From assembly GCA_963837015.1 (NCBI GenBank), contig CAWIMI010000008.1:3035-67034 (forward strand): a stretch of 64,000 nt of DNA. The letters run 5' to 3'. Shown piece after piece: positions 9,965 through 19,087 of this stretch. Within the stretch, counting starts at the first letter, position 1. Each line of letters begins with the position of its first letter. The notes under the pieces are model-generated. The model worked only from the letters and a program-made list of their open reading frames with translations, had not been told where the DNA came from and ran no database searches. The DNA is from an uncultured Acidobacteriota bacterium. Lineage in GTDB: Bacteria > Acidobacteriota > Terriglobia > Terriglobales > Acidobacteriaceae. A program made the position numbers and the translations under genes.

Positions 9965-11002
9965 TCAGTACGCTAACTGGAAAACCACATGTACGATTGC
10001 CGTGGAATCCACGGGTGTACCCAAACGTTGTGCCGGCTTGAACCGCATCTGACTCGCCGCCGTGACCGCGGCCTCATCCAACCCATGGCCCAGGCCACGT
10101 ACCACGCGATTCACGTGCAATTGCCCATTCGCGCCAAACATCACTTCCAGCAGCACCTCTCCCTCGAGCTTGAGCTGCCGCGCTTCCTGCGTATAAACCG
10201 GGCTGGGCTTGGAAATGATTTCGACCGGCGTGGTGGCTGGTCCGCTATCCGCTTGCGCGATCTTGGGTCCGCCGTGCGAAAGTTCCTGCGCGCCAAATCC
10301 CGCCGTCTGCACCGCTGCACCGTGATTTTTGTTGTCGCCCTGCGCGATCCCGTTTCCGAAACCTGCGCTCGCGATCGTTCCCTTGATCCCTTTCGCACCG
10401 CCCGCTCCATTGCCCGTGCCCTGGCCTTCCGGCAAATCAAACGATCCCAGCTTCGCTGAGGCGAGATGGGCGTTGTCCTTGCCCTGCCCCTTCAAACCGC
10501 TTGGATCGCCGAATCCCCCGGTCTGCACTTGCTGTATCGGAGCGCTGACCGTGGCCGGAGCCGAGCTGCCAAACGCGCCCGTGTACACGATCTTCGCCGG
10601 CATCGCGCTCGACGGCGCCGCCAGTTCTGGCGCCTTGAACTTGGTCTCTAGCTTCGGAGCCTTCTCTTCCTCCTCTTTCTTTTTCGGCGGGCGGATATCT
10701 TTTGGCACAAACAACTTCGCGGTCGGGAAGATTACCGGAGGTGCCACCTTGGCCAGGACCACCGGTTTCTTAAGCTTGACTTTCGGGGGCGCCGGTTGCG
10801 GCTTCAAATCGGGCCTCGGAACCAGTTCCGTCACGGTCATTCTCTTGCTCAGCCGCAGAGTGTCTGGAAACAAGAAGCCAACGCTCAGCAGCAGCAGGAT
10901 AAAAAAGACCTCGATGCCGTAACTGGTCGCAAACGTGCGCCAGCTTATGTGCCGTTCCGGCAGAAGACCAAATTCGAGCTTGTCAGGCGTAGCCATCCAC
11001 AC
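9965..11002 (-). CDS. TonB family energy transducer
   Basis: N-terminal TM segment (IEVFFILLLLSVGFLF), a Pro/Lys-rich spacer (PRPDLKPQPAPPKVKLKKP), and a C-terminal TonB domain (PVYTQEARQLKLEGEVLLEVMFGANGQLHVNRVVRGLGHGLDEAAVTAASQMRFKPA). It lies 35 nt upstream of the M48-like gene on the same strand. Confidence 0.85.
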   Translation of the reverse strand: MWMATPDKLEFGLLPERHISWRTFATSYGIEVFFILLLLSVGFLFPDTLRLSKRMTVTELVPRPDLKPQPAPPKVKLKKPVVLAKVAPPVIFPTAKLFVPKDIRPPKKKEEEEKAPKLETKFKAPELAAPSSAMPAKIVYTGAFGSSAPATVSAPIQQVQTGGFGDPSGLKGQGKDNAHLASAKLGSFDLPEGQGTGNGAGGAKGIKGTIASAGFGNGIAQGDNKNHGAAVQTAGFGAQELSHGGPKIAQADSGPATTPVEIISKPSPVYTQEARQLKLEGEVLLEVMFGANGQLHVNRVVRGLGHGLDEAAVTAASQMRFKPAQRLGTPVDSTAIVHVVFQLAY

Positions 11003-11203
11003 ACTCCAAAAGAGGGAACCCGAGCCGTGGGGAGGCGCGCGGGTGGAGGTTCTAACTTACGGTAGGCAGGGCGAGGGGTAAACGTGTCTCCGGCACCTGT
11101 ACCAAGGTAATGGAAACCCACCCAAAACGGGACCGGTCCAAAGAAGGCGAGGCCCCTCCCAAGTCCTCATCCCCCTACATTTGTCATTCCGACCCCCTAA
11201 AAT

Positions 11204-11240
11204 TTGTCATTCCGAGGAGCGAAGCGACGAGGAATCTGCT
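11204..11240 (+). repeat. REP-like palindromic element (GTCATTCCGAG-N-CGAGGAATC family), with a 12-nt partial copy at 11181-11192
   Basis: TTGTCATTCCGAGGAGCGAAGCGACGAGGAATCTGCT. The ATTCC...GGAAT arms can pair. Near-identical copies occur elsewhere in the window. Confidence 0.75.
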
Positions 11241-11338
11241 TTCCTCTGCCGTGGCAAGTCTGCAGGCCGACGCCCAGGCGCCACCAGCAAAAGTGTTCTT
11301 CGAGGAAACCTACGGGAGGGAATGAGAAGACAACCCTT

Positions 11339-11386
11339 CAAAACAGAAAAGCTCAGCCACGGTACAAATCCGTTCAGCCGAGCTTC
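11339..11386 (-). terminator. Possible intrinsic terminator after the 11408..11716 gene
   Basis: On the minus strand an imperfect AAGCTCGGCT / GGCTGAGCTT stem (8 of 10 pairs) is followed by TTCTGTTTT. Confidence 0.35.
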
Positions 11387-11407
11387 CCATATTCAGAAAG
11401 AGAACGC

Positions 11408-11716
11408 CTATTTGTGGTTCTTGTTGGATGCTTCTGCGGATTCCTTGAGTTCCCGGCTGGCCTGATCGATCAAGTCCTTGGCCTTGGCGGCATGCCCTGC
11501 CAGATCAAACTCATTGGCCTGCTGAGCAGCGTTGATTTTTTCGAAGGCCATGTCGAGGTGACGTTGTGCCGCAGCCAGGTTGGGGTGCTTTTTCGCACTG
11601 ATGTTTTCCGGCGGCGGCTTCATTCCACCACCCTGCGCGCCCGTTTGCGCGTATGCCATACTTCCGAAGAGCAAACCAACGCTCAGCATGCTTCCCAGTA
11701 ACGCGTTCTTCCGCAT
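11408..11716 (-). CDS. Small secreted hypothetical protein
   Basis: Signal peptide MRKNALLGSMLSVGLLFGSMAYAQ followed by a helical, charged mature part. It is flanked by two REP-like copies. Confidence 0.65.
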   Translation of the reverse strand: MRKNALLGSMLSVGLLFGSMAYAQTGAQGGGMKPPPENISAKKHPNLAAAQRHLDMAFEKINAAQQANEFDLAGHAAKAKDLIDQASRELKESAEASNKNHK

Positions 11717-11842
11717 CTGTACCCTCCTGAAAGAGTGAATTGCTCGCTAATTAAACACATGAAAGACCACAAAGTTGCGATGCCCGCTATTGTACGCAAT
11801 TCCCCCATCTCAGGGGAATCTCGGGATATAGAGTGATCAAAC

Positions 11843-11873
11843 TTGTCATTCCGAGCGAAGCGAGGAATCTGCT
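11843..11873 (+). repeat. REP-like palindromic element, second copy
   Basis: TTGTCATTCCGAGCGAAGCGAGGAATCTGCT. It generates the spurious VIPSEARNL-type ORF fragments seen in the track. Confidence 0.75.
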
Positions 11874-12122
11874 GTCGGCGTACCGAAAGAATGCCTGCAC
11901 TCACTTCGAACCCAAACCCAAAGCCGTCGACTGGTGGTCCACCCCGCCTTGGTCCGGCGTTTTCCCATCTTTCAATCACGTTAGAGGTGATAGCGTTTGT
12001 CTCCCCGGCTGCGGAAGCCGCAACTGAACAGCACCTGCGTGACTTTTTGAATAACCAAGTCCAGGATGCAAGTGCATGCTTGTACCCGGAGCCCTGTATG
12101 TGATTGACAGGTCACAACTGTA

Positions 12123-12494
12123 TTGACGCATTTTACTGATGCGCGTCAATCTAGGACCAACATGGCAGTTGTACTGGGTATTTGTGTTTTGCTCTTTACG
12201 CTTCCGGCGTGGTCGCCAATTTTCTTTCGGCGACCGATCTCAACGGCATCTCTCAAGCCCATCCTATCCTTGACGATCAGTTCATCGCTTCAAATAGCAT
12301 TCATTGCCCTGGTCGAGAAGCGGATCCTGACGCTGAAGCACTCTCTTGAGTTCGCGGTATTGGGGGGGGCATTCTGCGTTTTGGCTCTTGTTCTGGCAAG
12401 CGCTGGCAGACAACCGAATAACCCGCTGCGGGGTGCCATAATCGGAGCCTCTCTGGGGTTGGTAATGTGGATGCTCCTCATTACCCTTCATTAA
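12123..12494 (+). CDS. Possible small integral membrane protein
   Basis: Three or four hydrophobic segments (MAVVLGICVLLFTLPAW, FAVLGGAFCVLALVLA, GAIIGASLGLVMWMLLITL). The region has visibly lower GC than its surroundings. No family was recognised, and the start could be TTG 12123 or ATG 12162. Confidence 0.4.
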   Translation: MTHFTDARQSRTNMAVVLGICVLLFTLPAWSPIFFRRPISTASLKPILSLTISSSLQIAFIALVEKRILTLKHSLEFAVLGGAFCVLALVLASAGRQPNNPLRGAIIGASLGLVMWMLLITLH

Positions 12495-12951
12495 AGGGCG
12501 AGAATGCAACCAGCATGAACCCAAAGGAATCCGGACCAGCCTCAATCTCATCTTCGGCTCAGTCTTAGATTCCCAAATTGGAACTGGACGCATCCGCCCG
12601 ACCGCTTTTCTCTTGCGTTCATTCTTTCAACTGCGATAACATATGAACGTAAAGGTTATCTCCGGGATAATCTCGATCTTTGACAACCGATCGACGAAGG
12701 GGTTCCAAATTGGAGCGGCCCGGCAGCGGCGCCAAGTTAACTCCAATGTTTCCAAGATTTTGCCTCTAACTACCTTAAGAACCATAGATCTAGGGGGCAA
12801 GAAAAATTTCACCTCTTTGTTTTCTAGATTTTAGGCAAAAAGAGAGTTTTTTTTTGAGGCAAGGCTTGCACCAGAATTTGTGCAGGTTCTACTCCAGCCG
12901 CATAGCGGCGGAATGTGAGAGCGCGGCACGGCAGCAGTACCGGGAGGCGAT

Positions 12952-14328
12952 CTACCGAGTATCGCGGGAGCGTCGTCCGGCAAAAGCATAAAAAACCGGC
13001 ACGCCAGTCAGAATTACGAGGCATCCAAGCCCGGAATTCCGCAGATTATCGGTAAATGTGTAGTAAAGAAGCAGGGCGGAAGACAGCACAAACAGGGCAG
13101 GGACCAGGGGGTATCCCCAGACCCGGTAAGACCGCGCCGCCTGCGGATCGCGTCGCCGGAAGATGAATACCGTGCTCCCGGCGATCATGTAAAACAGCCA
13201 CTCCGCGAAAATCGCCAGCGAAAAGAATTGCCGGAAACTTCCTCCGAGCAGCAGCAAGGCGATGGCAAGAGCCGCCTGCACGGCCAGAGCAACCGAAGGC
13301 GTATGGAACCGAGGATGAACCTCCGCCAGGGCGGAAAAGAAATAACGGTCGCGCGCCACGGCGAAGGGAACGCGCGCCCCGCTCATGATCGTGCCGTTCA
13401 AAGTCACGAGCATGGAAACCGCCATGGCCGCCGAGACCAAGCTGGCGCCAAGGGTGCCCCACCCTAATGCGATGGCATCCGAGGCAGGCCGGGGTGAACC
13501 CGCAATGGCGCTGGCAGGCAGCACGAACTGTACGGCAGCATTCACCAGCATGTAGAGCGCGCCCACGGTGGCGACGCCTACGATTAGCGCGATTGGAATA
13601 TTGCGCTCCGGCTGGCGAATTTCTCCCGCGACCATGTTGAGATCGTTCCACCCGTCATAAGCCCACAGGGCCGCGACCAGCGCAGCCATGAACCCGGCAA
13701 TGCCGCCTTTGGCTCCGGCAAATGCGCCGGCAAAATGACTCCAACTTCCACCGCGGTAGCTGAACCCAATCACGACGATGCCCAGAATGATCGCCACCTT
13801 CAATAACGTGAAGACGAGTTGAAACTCGCCAGCTTTCTTGACGCCGATGTAGTTGAGCAGCGAAATCAAGATGGTCGCGGCGATAGCAACCATCTGCCCG
13901 TAGGAAATGGCGATCGGCCGATCAATCGCATGCTGGGAGAAGAACGCAAAGACCGAAAAAGTCCCGAGTATTCGGACAAGCCCAGTTGTAACGGTCGCGA
14001 TCGATGCGGGCTTAGCGATGAGAAACCAGGTCCAGGCATAGAGAAATCCCGCGAGAGGACCATAGCCATCGCGAACGTAGACATACTCGCCGCCGGCCTG
14101 CGGCTTCATCGCGCCCAGTTCCGCGTAGGTGAGCGCGCCGAAGAACGAGAGCAGTCCGCCGACCAGCCACGCCAGATAAACCAGCTTGGCCGAGCCGACT
14201 GCTTGCATCATTTCAGCGGGGACGAGAAAGATGCCGCTGCCGATGATGGTGCCGACGACGATCGCGCCCGCATGACTGACACCGAGATCGCGAACGAGTT
14301 CGGGGCGGGATTTGGCGTCTGCCTGCAT
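12952..14328 (-). CDS. Amino acid permease (APC superfamily)
   Basis: GAIVVGTIIGSGIFLVPAEMM...FGALTYAELGAMKPQAGGEYVYVRDGYGPLAGFLYAWTWF, with about 12 predicted TM segments. Confidence 0.9.
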   Translation of the reverse strand: MQADAKSRPELVRDLGVSHAGAIVVGTIIGSGIFLVPAEMMQAVGSAKLVYLAWLVGGLLSFFGALTYAELGAMKPQAGGEYVYVRDGYGPLAGFLYAWTWFLIAKPASIATVTTGLVRILGTFSVFAFFSQHAIDRPIAISYGQMVAIAATILISLLNYIGVKKAGEFQLVFTLLKVAIILGIVVIGFSYRGGSWSHFAGAFAGAKGGIAGFMAALVAALWAYDGWNDLNMVAGEIRQPERNIPIALIVGVATVGALYMLVNAAVQFVLPASAIAGSPRPASDAIALGWGTLGASLVSAAMAVSMLVTLNGTIMSGARVPFAVARDRYFFSALAEVHPRFHTPSVALAVQAALAIALLLLGGSFRQFFSLAIFAEWLFYMIAGSTVFIFRRRDPQAARSYRVWGYPLVPALFVLSSALLLYYTFTDNLRNSGLGCLVILTGVPVFYAFAGRRSRDTR

Positions 14329-14417
14329 TTGGCGAGTGGAAAGTATAAGCGAAAACCTTAGGACGCAGACGCTGTCGAGTTTGGAAGAGATTCATCGAAA
14401 GACTCGCTCTCTGCGAT

Positions 14418-15857
14418 TTAAGGTTTTGCGGTCTCTCGTTGCAGCACAATGCTCGCTGTGTATCCGATACCGAATGTCACAACGGTACCGATCGCGACAT
14501 ACCAGGTCCAGGGCACGCGTGTTCCGAGCCAAATGTAGAGTTCGCAGGCGAAGCCGCACAACATGCCGATCATCGCCCCGGTCTGATTCGCGCGCCGGGT
14601 CAGGACTCCGAGCAGGAAGACGCCCAATAAGGCTCCGTAGGCTACAGATGCGATCTGCAATCCGACCTCGATGACGCGTCCTACTTTGTGCAGCGACAAC
14701 ACCGCCAGGGAAAACAGCACCAGAGCCCAAACGAATGTCGCGATGCGGGAAAGCTGAACGCGTCGGCGTTCGTCGGTCTGCGGTTTGCTCTGAAGATAGA
14801 AGTCGATGATTGACGTCGACGACAACGAGTTGAGGGCGGCGCTCAGGTTCGACATCGCGGCGGCCAAGATCGCAGCAATCAGCAGGCCAGAGATTCCATG
14901 CGGCATCTGGCTGACAATAAACCTGGGATAGATTCTGTCGGGTGTGCCGAAGCTCGCGGAAGGGACGCGGTAATAGGCAAACAGCATCACGCCGACCATC
15001 AGGAACAGTGCAAATTGGAACAGGATGGCAACTCCGCTGGAGAGCAACGCCGTGATCGACTGCCGCTGGCTGCGCGCGGCCAGTAAACGTTGGACGATGA
15101 GTTGATCCGTGCCGTGGCTGGCGGTGGTGAGGAATGTTCCACCCACGAGCCCTGCCCAGAAGGTGTAAGGCTTCCAGAACGTAGGCGTGAAGTCGAAGAC
15201 CTGCAGCTTGCCCGCACTCGCGGCCACACTGTGAATGGTGGCCCATCCTCCCGGAACCAGGTGAAGGATGGTTAAAAGGCCCACTAGAGTTCCACCCACG
15301 TAGATGATGGTTTGCACGACGTCCGTCCAGATCACGGCTGCCAGACCGCCTTCAAAGGTATAGATCAGCGTCAATACGGTGATGATGGCGATCGAGGCAA
15401 CCTCGCCAGTCCCCAGCGCGATCGCCACGACGATGGAGACGGCGTAAATACGCACGCCTTCAGCGGCGGCTCGGGTTACCAGAAAGAGCCCAGCCGTCAG
15501 GGATCGCAGCCCGCGGCCAAAGCGGCGCTCGATCAGTGCGTAGGCGGTGTAGAGATCGCCGCGAAAGTACTGTGGCAGCAGAACGAAACTGATGATGACG
15601 CGTCCGACCAGGTATCCGAGCACGACCTGCAGGAAGGTGAGATTCGTATCGTAGGCAAGACCAGGAATACTGATGATGGTGAGCGTGCTGGTTTCGGCGG
15701 CGACGATCGAAAGCGCAATCGCCCACCAGGGAATGTTGCGGTCGGCGAGGAAGTAATCGCGCAAGGTGCGCTGACGCTTGCGAAAACGCAGGCCGAACAG
15801 GGTGATCCCCACGAGGTAGAGCGCGATAATGGCGAGATCGAGTTTGTCCAGGCCCAT
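14418..15857 (-). CDS. Sodium:solute symporter family transporter
   Basis: LAIIALYLVGITLFGLRFRKRQRTLRDYFLADRNIPWWAIALSIVAAETSTLTIISIPGLAY. Multi-TM SSF architecture. Confidence 0.9.
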   Translation of the reverse strand: MGLDKLDLAIIALYLVGITLFGLRFRKRQRTLRDYFLADRNIPWWAIALSIVAAETSTLTIISIPGLAYDTNLTFLQVVLGYLVGRVIISFVLLPQYFRGDLYTAYALIERRFGRGLRSLTAGLFLVTRAAAEGVRIYAVSIVVAIALGTGEVASIAIITVLTLIYTFEGGLAAVIWTDVVQTIIYVGGTLVGLLTILHLVPGGWATIHSVAASAGKLQVFDFTPTFWKPYTFWAGLVGGTFLTTASHGTDQLIVQRLLAARSQRQSITALLSSGVAILFQFALFLMVGVMLFAYYRVPSASFGTPDRIYPRFIVSQMPHGISGLLIAAILAAAMSNLSAALNSLSSTSIIDFYLQSKPQTDERRRVQLSRIATFVWALVLFSLAVLSLHKVGRVIEVGLQIASVAYGALLGVFLLGVLTRRANQTGAMIGMLCGFACELYIWLGTRVPWTWYVAIGTVVTFGIGYTASIVLQRETAKP

Positions 15858-15979
15858 AGGCTGCTCCCCACAGTATGTGGCTTTATTGCGTTGCGTTGGA
15901 TTGTCTGCGCCGCAAGGTACCTAGGTCATAACCTGATGCGACGATAGAAAGGTCAACCTCAGATGCAGCGGACAGGAGT

Positions 15980-16927
15980 GTGCGCTCTACACGGGTGCGC
16001 GCTTGTGATAGAACTACGCTCGTGAGCATCTTTCTTGGCATTGACGGCGGGGGCAGCAAGACTTCGTGTGTTGTCGGAGATGAGAAGTCGCTGCTGGGTA
16101 CAGGAACATCCGCAGGTAGCAATGTGGTCCGAGTGGGAGAGCGCCTCGCGCGGAAGAGCCTGGGCGCTGCGATACGGCAGGCCTGTGCCGCCGCCAACGT
16201 TGCTCCCGCACAAGTCGAACACACATGTGTCGGAATTGCGGGTGGGACGCTCCCCGAAATCGCAACGGTTGTGCGGGGCCTGGTGTCCGAACTTGTTTCC
16301 GGCGAAATTGAGGTTGTCGGGGACATGGTCATCGCGATGCAAGCCGCGTTTGGGAGCGGGCCGGGCGTGATTGTTATTGCCGGCACTGGATCGATTGCTT
16401 ATGGACGGAATTCGGCTGGACAGACTGCGAGAGCGGGCGGGTGGGGGTTTGCTATTTCCGATGAAGGATCGGGGCACTGGATTGGAAAGTCGGCAGTCGC
16501 GGCATGCATGCGCGCTTATGATGAAATGGCAGATGCGCGGCCGAGCGATTTGCTCGGCAACATTATGAAGTCGTGGGGCGTCAGTTCGCGCGAGCAGTTG
16601 GTCGTCGCTGCGAATAAGTCTCCTGACTTCGCGGCATTGTTTCCAGCCGTCGTGTCCGCGGCGGAGGCCGCCGACACAACCGCTCGCATTGTGTTAACCC
16701 ACGCAGGCGGTGAGTTGGCGAATCTCGCTAGCATTGTGATCGCCCGACTTTTTGGGAAGCGTAAACCAGTTCTGGTGGCCATTTCGGGGGGAGTCTTTGA
16801 CAATTCCGCGGTGGTGTGCCGGGCTTTCGACAAGAGTGTTCGCGCCGCTTACCCGCGTGCTTCCCTGAATGCGAAGGTGATTGAACCTGTGCAAGGCGCG
16901 CTGGCGCTAGCCCGTAAGGATGCGTGA
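15980..16927 (+). CDS. BadF/BadG/BcrA/BcrD-type ATPase (N-acetylglucosamine kinase-like)
   Basis: ASKHA phosphate-1 motif FLGIDGGGSKTSCVVGD, plus later GTGSIAYG and SDEGSGHWIG. The start may instead be GTG 16022. Confidence 0.85.
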   Translation: MRSTRVRACDRTTLVSIFLGIDGGGSKTSCVVGDEKSLLGTGTSAGSNVVRVGERLARKSLGAAIRQACAAANVAPAQVEHTCVGIAGGTLPEIATVVRGLVSELVSGEIEVVGDMVIAMQAAFGSGPGVIVIAGTGSIAYGRNSAGQTARAGGWGFAISDEGSGHWIGKSAVAACMRAYDEMADARPSDLLGNIMKSWGVSSREQLVVAANKSPDFAALFPAVVSAAEAADTTARIVLTHAGGELANLASIVIARLFGKRKPVLVAISGGVFDNSAVVCRAFDKSVRAAYPRASLNAKVIEPVQGALALARKDA

Positions 16928-16980
16928 AGCGCGACCGACTGTAATCAGAGCTTCCCTAGACGGATCCTCTGTTCGAGCAA

Positions 16981-18876
16981 TTAGTTGGCTGCGGACATGC
17001 TTGCTTTTTCATCCCCGCGGCGATGCAGCAGTTCTACCAGCGCCTGATTCAGGCGGGTGCGGATGGCGGAGCGCTCCTGGGCGCGCGCGATGTAGCGGAC
17101 GTGGACTTCCACGCCCGAGGAGGTTGGCCGCAAATTGACGGTTGGCGCGGCCGAGACTGAGCTTACTTTGTAATGGCCAGCGGCGTTCTTCCACTCTGCT
17201 TCAGCCGCCTTCCCGGTAGTTTCCGTTTCCTTTGCGATTGTTTTCTGGATGGCGTCGAGCAACGGATAGGGATCCTGATTCGGCGGCACGGTGATTTGCA
17301 GTTCGTCCCACATCCATTGGCCGCTGGTGGTGAAGTTGAAGAAGTGGCCCTCGATGGCGTAGCTGTTCACGAATGCCACTTTGCGGCCGGTGGGATGGCC
17401 AGTTTCGGTCCAGTTGCCGGTTTCGAGCAACACCGTGCGCAGCAGATTGATCTCGACTACTTCGCCTGCGACGCCGTTGATCTCGACCCAGTCGCCCACC
17501 CGCAAGCCGTTTTTTCCCATGAGCACGAACCAGCCGAAGAAAGCGACGATGAAGTCTTTCATTGCCACCGTGATTCCGGCGGTGGCCAAGCCCAGGAAAG
17601 TCGTAGTCTGCTGCGGAGCGCCTGCGATCACAAACAAAATGAGCAACACGCCCAAGGCCTGCACGGCGAAACGAATCACGGCGCGCAGCGTGTGCAGGCG
17701 AGTGCCTTGACCCATCTCGGCCAGTCGGCGATCAATCGAACGGTCGGCGAGATACACCATCAGCACTATGAGGATGACGAACAGCGCAGACTGAATCATC
17801 CCGTGCAACGCGGCGCGCTGGTGTGAACGGAGGACGGCAATCCATCCCGCATAGCTATTGGCCAATTCCTGCTCATCCTGAATGCGCTTGTCGAGGTCAG
17901 CCAAATTCTTCTGGTCATTCGAAAGACGATGCAGCGCTTTGACCGCCGTATTGGAAGCGTTGGGCGCAAAGCCTTGCTGGTTTGCGGATTGAGTCGGGTT
18001 AGCCTGGGCGAGCGACTGACCCGAGTCTGACTGACCCGCAGGTACTTGACTCGCAGATGATGGATTCTCTCGCTGTTTAGCCTTTCTAGCTGTGACTTGC
18101 TTCTCTAGCGCCGCGTGCTTCTCGACTAGCTTGGCCGCAGTCTCGCGGGCTTCGTTCTGCGCTTCCAGCAACGGAATAGCTTTGCTGCGCAAGGCGCGCC
18201 AGGCAAGGAATTGGGCGTAGAGGCTGCCCGCATGGTAATTGACCTCGAGGTTGTTTGCAGCGGCTGCCGCCGGTTTTTCATCGGTCGCGTGTTCGGCGGT
18301 CTGGTGCTGGTCGAATTGACGCTGGATCAAGCTCCCCGGATCGGCGCCCGATCGGATCAAGTCTTCCTTGGCGTCAGCGGCTTCGTCCTGATCGAGTTCG
18401 AGTTGGGCCTGGGCTACATCGAGTTGCTCCTGAACACGTTCCTGTCTGGCGCCGCTGGCGGAGGCGAGCTCCTTCTTGAGCTGCTCTACGCGGTCCTGAT
18501 CGGTTTTGACATCGGCCTCGGATTGGCTCACGTGTTCGAAGAGTTCCTGATTCTGCGGTGTGGGGGCGACGGGATGGTTCGCGGCATCCCGCAAAGCGTC
18601 GTGAAAGGCGAGGTCCACCTCGTTGTCAGCGAGTTCTAAGGCCTGATCCGAGAAGCGATGTTCGTCCGCGCCCGCAGCCAGTTTGGCCATTGCGCGCGCG
18701 GTCTGCAGCGGCTTTTCGTCCACCAGTGGAGCTTGCTCGTTTTCCGTTCCGGCGGTCGTGGGCGACGTGAGCGGGCCAATGTCGCGAGTCAGGACGGATC
18801 CGACGGCAGCCGCCAGTACCAGGGCCAGCAGCCCGAGCGCGATCAACCACTGGCGGGATTTCATCCAAGGTTCCAT
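16981..18876 (-). CDS. Mechanosensitive ion channel family protein (MscS/MscK-like)
   Basis: Signal/TM segment, a long periplasmic coiled coil, TM helices, then the MscS core GDWVEINGVAGEVVEINLLRTVLLETGNW. Confidence 0.9.
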   Translation of the reverse strand: MEPWMKSRQWLIALGLLALVLAAAVGSVLTRDIGPLTSPTTAGTENEQAPLVDEKPLQTARAMAKLAAGADEHRFSDQALELADNEVDLAFHDALRDAANHPVAPTPQNQELFEHVSQSEADVKTDQDRVEQLKKELASASGARQERVQEQLDVAQAQLELDQDEAADAKEDLIRSGADPGSLIQRQFDQHQTAEHATDEKPAAAAANNLEVNYHAGSLYAQFLAWRALRSKAIPLLEAQNEARETAAKLVEKHAALEKQVTARKAKQRENPSSASQVPAGQSDSGQSLAQANPTQSANQQGFAPNASNTAVKALHRLSNDQKNLADLDKRIQDEQELANSYAGWIAVLRSHQRAALHGMIQSALFVILIVLMVYLADRSIDRRLAEMGQGTRLHTLRAVIRFAVQALGVLLILFVIAGAPQQTTTFLGLATAGITVAMKDFIVAFFGWFVLMGKNGLRVGDWVEINGVAGEVVEINLLRTVLLETGNWTETGHPTGRKVAFVNSYAIEGHFFNFTTSGQWMWDELQITVPPNQDPYPLLDAIQKTIAKETETTGKAAEAEWKNAAGHYKVSSVSAAPTVNLRPTSSGVEVHVRYIARAQERSAIRTRLNQALVELLHRRGDEKASMSAAN

Positions 18877-19002
18877 TGCGCGAAGGGCTATTATACGGCG
18901 CGTTGCGTGTGGGTCGGCTCTCGGAAGGGCAATCGGAAGGCCGAGAACTTCTGTCCGTCACCAAGACCTACGGGACACTAGGGTTTGGACTCCGGGAGGA
19001 CA

Positions 19003-19066
19003 AGCGGATTCTTCGTCGCTTTGTTCTCAGAATGACAATGGTGGGGGCTTTGTTCCTCGGAATGAC
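19003..19066 (-). repeat. REP-like element, inverted orientation, plus an adjacent partial copy
   Basis: The reverse complement of 19003-19038 is TTGTCATTCTGAGAACAAAGCGACGAAGAATCCGCT. The reverse complement of 19047-19066 is GTCATTCCGAGGAACAAAGC. Confidence 0.7.
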
Positions 19067-19087
19067 CATGTTCAGCGGCGTTTCGGA

